DNA of 32,000 nucleotides from an uncultured bacterium. GTDB lineage: Bacteria; GCA-001730085. The stretch is from NCBI GenBank assembly GCA_964565945.1, contig CAZMGY010000018.1, positions 30,001 to 62,000 on the forward strand, written 5' to 3'. Made by a program: the position numbers and the translations under genes. Positions 24,701-30,700 of this stretch are shown piece after piece. The notes beneath the pieces were generated by a model that saw nothing but the letters and a program-made list of their open reading frames with translations, had not been told where the DNA came from and did not search any database. Within the stretch, counting starts at the first letter, position 1; each line of letters starts with the position of its first letter.

Positions 24701-27700
24701 GTTTTCAAATCGTTAACAGCGACTTGATTATAGTTGGCAAAACCAAAAAAGCGCTTTGTTTGCCCATGCTTTGTTTTCGATTCCAAAAATCCTTTTTCTT
24801 GGCCCTCTCCTGTGTAAAAAATCGATTTACGCTCGACATGTGTTTCAACCCCTTGGTTATCTGTTACATCTTCGACATAGCTTTCAACTTGAACATTGGA
24901 GTTATAAGTCGTTTTTCGACGTAAAATTGTGGTCGTATCGTTGATCTCGATGCTATCATTCACATAACCTAAAGTGAACGCTCCCAAATCATAATCGTCA
25001 AAAAAAGAGCCTATGTTCCTCACATAGGTGTTCAGCAAGTCTCCATCATTGGGGAAAAAAGTTTCGTTTTGAGCCACGGTGGCAATATTATCTGCATTAT
25101 CTGCTAAAGCAGCCAATACAGCAACTCTTTGCGTTCCGCTCAAATTTGTATCAATCAGATTTTTGAACCAGCTTAAGGCCTGTGAACGGATATCCACAGC
25201 TTCGTCATGATAAATTTTAGCAATATATTCCTGAGTTAACAGGGCTTTGAGCCATGCATTATTTTCAACAATTTCCCTATTAACGCGTTCAACAGTGCTG
25301 ACACCCTTTTTTTGGACTGTTTGACGATACGAATTCTGGCGGTCAAATTTTTCATATGTGATATCTGTCATTACTGTGATTGTCGTTAAATCGGGCTGAG
25401 CTGTTGAGCGTTTAATTTCATCATAGGCATTAATATTGCCCGTTTCGTTGTATTGAGTATTGGTGCGCAATAATCCTTCTTGAATGTCTTGCAACACCTT
25501 ATTATCCAACTGATCATAGGCCAATCGATGCGTAACATCGAGATACTCAAACGTTTGACCAAGACGATTGTACTCAATAGCACTTCTCGAAACACGTTCT
25601 GATTTTTCAAGGCTCTGAGTTTGCCCTTTAATCGTTTGTGAGCCTTTAACATTTTCGAATTGGGTGTAACCCGTCATTTGCTCAAATTGATTATAAGTGA
25701 TATGGCTACGTGTTTTGCTGGTTTCAGAGCTACCTTTAGCTGCTATTTTGCTACTTTCACGATAAGCGACTTCTTGATTCAAATCATTACGTACAATCGA
25801 AAAGCGGGATGTGCTGTTAATGTTGTTCAGTACATTTGTTTGTTGATAGCTCACCCCTGCGCTAGTCAATAAGTCCAAATCATTTTGATCGATCACCTCA
25901 TCTTTGTTTAAATCAAAATGTTTATCATAAGCGCGACGTTGCTCAATCATGTCTTTGATCATCATTTCGGATTCATAATAGTTGAAGTTCATATCAGTCA
26001 GAGAGCTTCCCAGCTCAACGTCACGTTCATCATAAGAAAACTTCAAACCATCAAGATAAACACCCTCCCAGGTTTTTAGCTTAACACTTGTTCCCAAAGC
26101 AACACCATCAGAAGTATCTACTTTTAAATTCGCCAAATTTTTAGGATCAAAATTAAACGTTGGATTTGGCACATAAACTTTCTTAATAGCTTCCCAGACA
26201 CGATCTTTGTCACTACGCCGCATCGAGCCAAGAGCCTCATAAAATGAGTCGCGATCATTGCCCAACTTGGTCACGGTCACTTGCGTAGGGCTCTCTTGAT
26301 CTTCAACAACCAATCCTTGATCCAACAACACTTGCAAGCGATTGCCTAAAAGATCTTTACTGATACGTCCGTCATTATTGATTGCGCGAATAATCTGATT
26401 CATGTCGGTCAATTCCTCACGAGACGTGCTTGAATCAGAGGTCAGAGTATAAACCTGGGTTACATTTGATTCTTCATCCCAAATTCTATTGTCGGTGTAC
26501 TTACGTTCCCAACGATTAATGGTATCTACAGCACCTGGAACACTGTGTAAATTGGTATCTTCAACAAAGCTTTTCAGACGAAATTGATCATCGTATTTCA
26601 TATCATAGCGAAGGGTTCGGCTTTTTTTATCAGGGCTGTCCGAGCGTTGAGTTGTGTCTTCGTAAGACAAAATAAGACCCGTCGAAACTTGCTGAATTTT
26701 AGCATGGGCATCAATGTAATCAACCTTTTTGTAAGTAATATTTTTTCTTTCGCTGATTTGACGCGAACGCCGCTCACCGCCTAAAACATTTAAGCTAAAA
26801 ACCATATTTTCCGTGATTGAACCAGGAAGAACATTTTGTGCACCCAAATTTCCATAAGGACCGTTAACACCAAAGAAGAACTCTAGGATTAAATCATTGA
26901 CGGCTTGTTGGCTCACAGCATCTGGCTCGACCGCCTCACGTTCTTTAAGCGCACGATAAATCTTTTGAGCCAGTTTTTGACGTGGAGCATTAATATCATC
27001 TTTAGCCATTAGGAAATCACTGCTCTTAAATACGTCTTGCCCTGATTTGATCTGATTAATCATGGTAACAGTTTCATTTTGATCGAAGTTTTTTGTTAAA
27101 TGTTCTCCCAAAAAGATTTTATGCGTTAAGGCAATTTTAGCATTGACTGGAATCGTATCGATCTTTACGTCGCGACCATTAAGGGAACCAATGGCTACTC
27201 CGTCCACGTCGGGTGTTTGTGATACCTGAGAATTCTCTCCAAAAAAGTAATCAAGAATTTTATTATTTACAGAATGAACAGTGATTTCACCATTGTTGCG
27301 GGGATCCCCATCTTCGAGATTTACCAAATCGTTGTAAATGTCACTAGCCAAAACCTTAAGCGCGTGATCTTTATCCTTAAGATAATAAAAATCATATTGT
27401 CCAAAGACCTTAGTACTATTAAGCAATGATACAGCTAATTGTTGCAGAGCAGCACCTTCATAAGCTACATATTCATCCGCTTCCCCCATTTTTTCTGTGA
27501 TTTCTTCGTAAGACAACATCCTCCCATCGGCATCATAGTTTCCAGACCAATCGACAATCGTATCAATCGCTTGCTGACCATTGTTATCATATTTGCGGGT
27601 GATTTTATGCTCATTGATCCGTAAGCTACGAACTTTTTCGTATTCGGTTTCAATCACAGTGATTTTCTTAGGAAAGCTTACATCAATTCCCTTAGAATGA

Positions 27701-30700
27701 TTGTCATGTTCCATATCAAACTCAGCTTCTTTGGAGAAGATCTTGTTGCCGCGAGAATTATATTGGCCTGACCAGCGAAAAGTTTTGTTCTCTTTAAGCT
27801 CACCTGTCGATTTATAAGTAATGTCCCCTCGATAAAATTCTTTTTCCTTGCGATCTTTTTTCTTTGCACCTTCAAGATAGGTGTAAGCACCTTGCCACTT
27901 TTCATAACGTTCACCATTCACCGTGTTCATACCAGTCTCATAAGAACCTAGGGTTTTTCCATCACTGTTATAAGGGTATTTTGTCACAATTAAATCATCA
28001 CGACTCAAACCACTAGGTCGAAGAATAGCTAAATTAACTGTGCTGAGATCAAAATCTTTGGTGATTAAAATGGCTTGATTATTACTATCTAGAATTGGCT
28101 TAATAATACCCTCACGATTTTTGTATTCTAGGATGTTGGAAGCATTCCATTTGATGTCGACAAATTCCTTGCCTTCGTTCTTTTTGTAGGATTTATAGCT
28201 TAATTCTAGGTCATTATTGTCGTAAGAAATGTCACGACGTTTCTCAACAGAGGTTCCTTGAATTTGACCAGAAATCAATTCACGATCATATTCCAATGAA
28301 CGATCAGCTGCATCATACTTCATATTCTTCATTCTCGTGATGTTCAATACCCCATCAGTCACGGTGCGTTCGGTGTAAGATTCTGTTCTTTTCAAAGTAT
28401 CGTATTTCATATCAAAACGATGCGTCTGGGTGCTGTGGCCATTAGAGATGTTTTTCGAGAAATATTCTTTGCGATTGTCATCATGATCATAATAAATTGC
28501 CTGCATTTCCATGTTGTACTCAGATCCTTCAGCATTCACGCCCTCTTCTTGATAGGCATATAGGCGCTTTTTTTTGTCATAAACCATGTTTGTTTTTTTG
28601 CTATAGGTTTCATTCACAATCGGATGCTCAATTCCTTTGGTCTCTTTTATTTTAACGATGCTTCCAGTCAAACGTTGGTCAGCGTTATAACCAAGATTTG
28701 ACGTTTCTGTCATAGATTCGCTGTATGATGCAACTTTACTCTTGTCTTTCACATCACGGTGGGTTACTTTGCGATAATCGGTGTAATTAAATAACTGCCC
28801 TTTAACCAAACGCACATCGGACTCTAAGTGACCCTCTTTAATCAAGTTTTCGTTACTATAAGAATCTAGCTCACTCGCATCGCGGTAAGATTCAGAAACC
28901 ATGTCTTTGATCAATTCACCGCGCTGACCTTCACCTTTAATAATCCAACTTTTACTCTGTTCCGTTTCGGTGTTGTACTTAAGCAAGTTAAAATCCCTTT
29001 CCAATTCACCATAAACAGAACCTCCCCAAGTTTGATAGCTAACAGATTCGACACCCACTTTATGTTTTTCCAAGTCTTTGGCCGTTAAAACATAACCCAA
29101 ATCATTCAAAGCATCGAAATAAAGGTCACTTTTGTTCGTCAAAAAATCGTTATAATCGGCTAAATCACTTGCAATATCGTAGGATGGCAACTGCTGATGA
29201 AGTCCCTGCGATGTCCAGTAAACAAGCAACTCTTCAGGACTTTGCACGATCGAGTTCCAAATATCTTCCGTAACCTTAAGTTCGGCTTTTTGATAAAGAC
29301 GACTTTTATACTCCATAAATTTTTCATTTAAAAATCTTTCGATATCTACATTAAAATAATCACGAATGAATTTATTCGACATTTTGCTCATATTGGCATT
29401 GCCATTGCGCACAATGCTCAAGAGATCGACATCGGGATAACTCTTATCCAACGACGTTTCTAAGCCTGAAAAACGAAGTAAATTATTCCACAACTCATCT
29501 TTAACGATAGTGATTTCGGAATCATCGCCTTGCAAATCATTTTGCAAAATAAGATGGTCATTCAATACCTTGGTTAACCCTGCCTTAAAATTAGTTAAGG
29601 CTTTTATCATTAACTGTTTTTCTTCACGATAGTTGTCGTAACGCAAAGCTGTCATTTTATCTGTGATTGTTTGGCTATAGTTACGAAATGTCTCGGCATC
29701 ATCACCAGATAAGGCTGGCCACTGGGATGTCTCACCAAACACAAACTCGATAATTTCGTTAGCATCTTCGAAATTGACATTCGGTGCATCGGCATCGATC
29801 CGTTGACTTTCAATCACGGGCTTGGCCAATTCTTGTAAAGCAAGGTCAACGTACTCCATATACGAGTTATCTCCTTTATCTCTGTTATTGATAAAAAGAC
29901 CTGTATTTTTAAAAATACGCGTTAAAATATCAATGTCGGAGGCACTTAAAACACCTTTGATTTCAAGATAGGATAGCTTTGAATCCACATCCTTAAGGCT
30001 ATTCCATACTTTATCTGTCTTGGATCGAATAAGACTTAAAAGATTGTCTTGCGGATTGTAGAACTTATTATGATGCTTGATTGTTTTTTTGTTGTACGAA
30101 CGAATATTATCGCGATAATCGTAAGTAGCATCATAATAAATCGATTCTTCATCCGTTAGCTCATTATTCTCATCAATTTCATACTTATACACTTTATATT
30201 TGGTTATATTCCCATTAACATACTCTGTTTCGAAGCTTGCTGTCTCCAAGATGCGGAATAATCCTCGACGATAAACAGCAAATTCAGGAGCTACTTTAAA
30301 ATAACTATAACCCTCTAAAGATTTAAATTTTTCTGTGATAACTCCAGCTTCTGTGAGATAATTGCGTTTGATCAAATCATTCCAAATATCTTTGTTTTTG
30401 TAAGGGATGTGAGATAAATCAATAACGTCTTGACGATTATGTGGATCCCAAAGTCCCCATTTTTCGACTTTGGTGGCTTCTTGATTGCTATATGTTGTTT
30501 TCCTGTAAGACAATACATCACCCTTTTGAGTGTAAGCAATTTGCTTGTCATAACTCATCGCGGCGTCCCAAATTATCAAGGTTTCCTCGCCATCACTAGC
30601 TTTCGTATGTTCACGGTAAGACACAAGCTTGTCATTGGCTTCCGTTTTACTTTCAAAAAAGTAATTCGCTTCCCAGGTAATATCTTCAACTTTACCTGAA

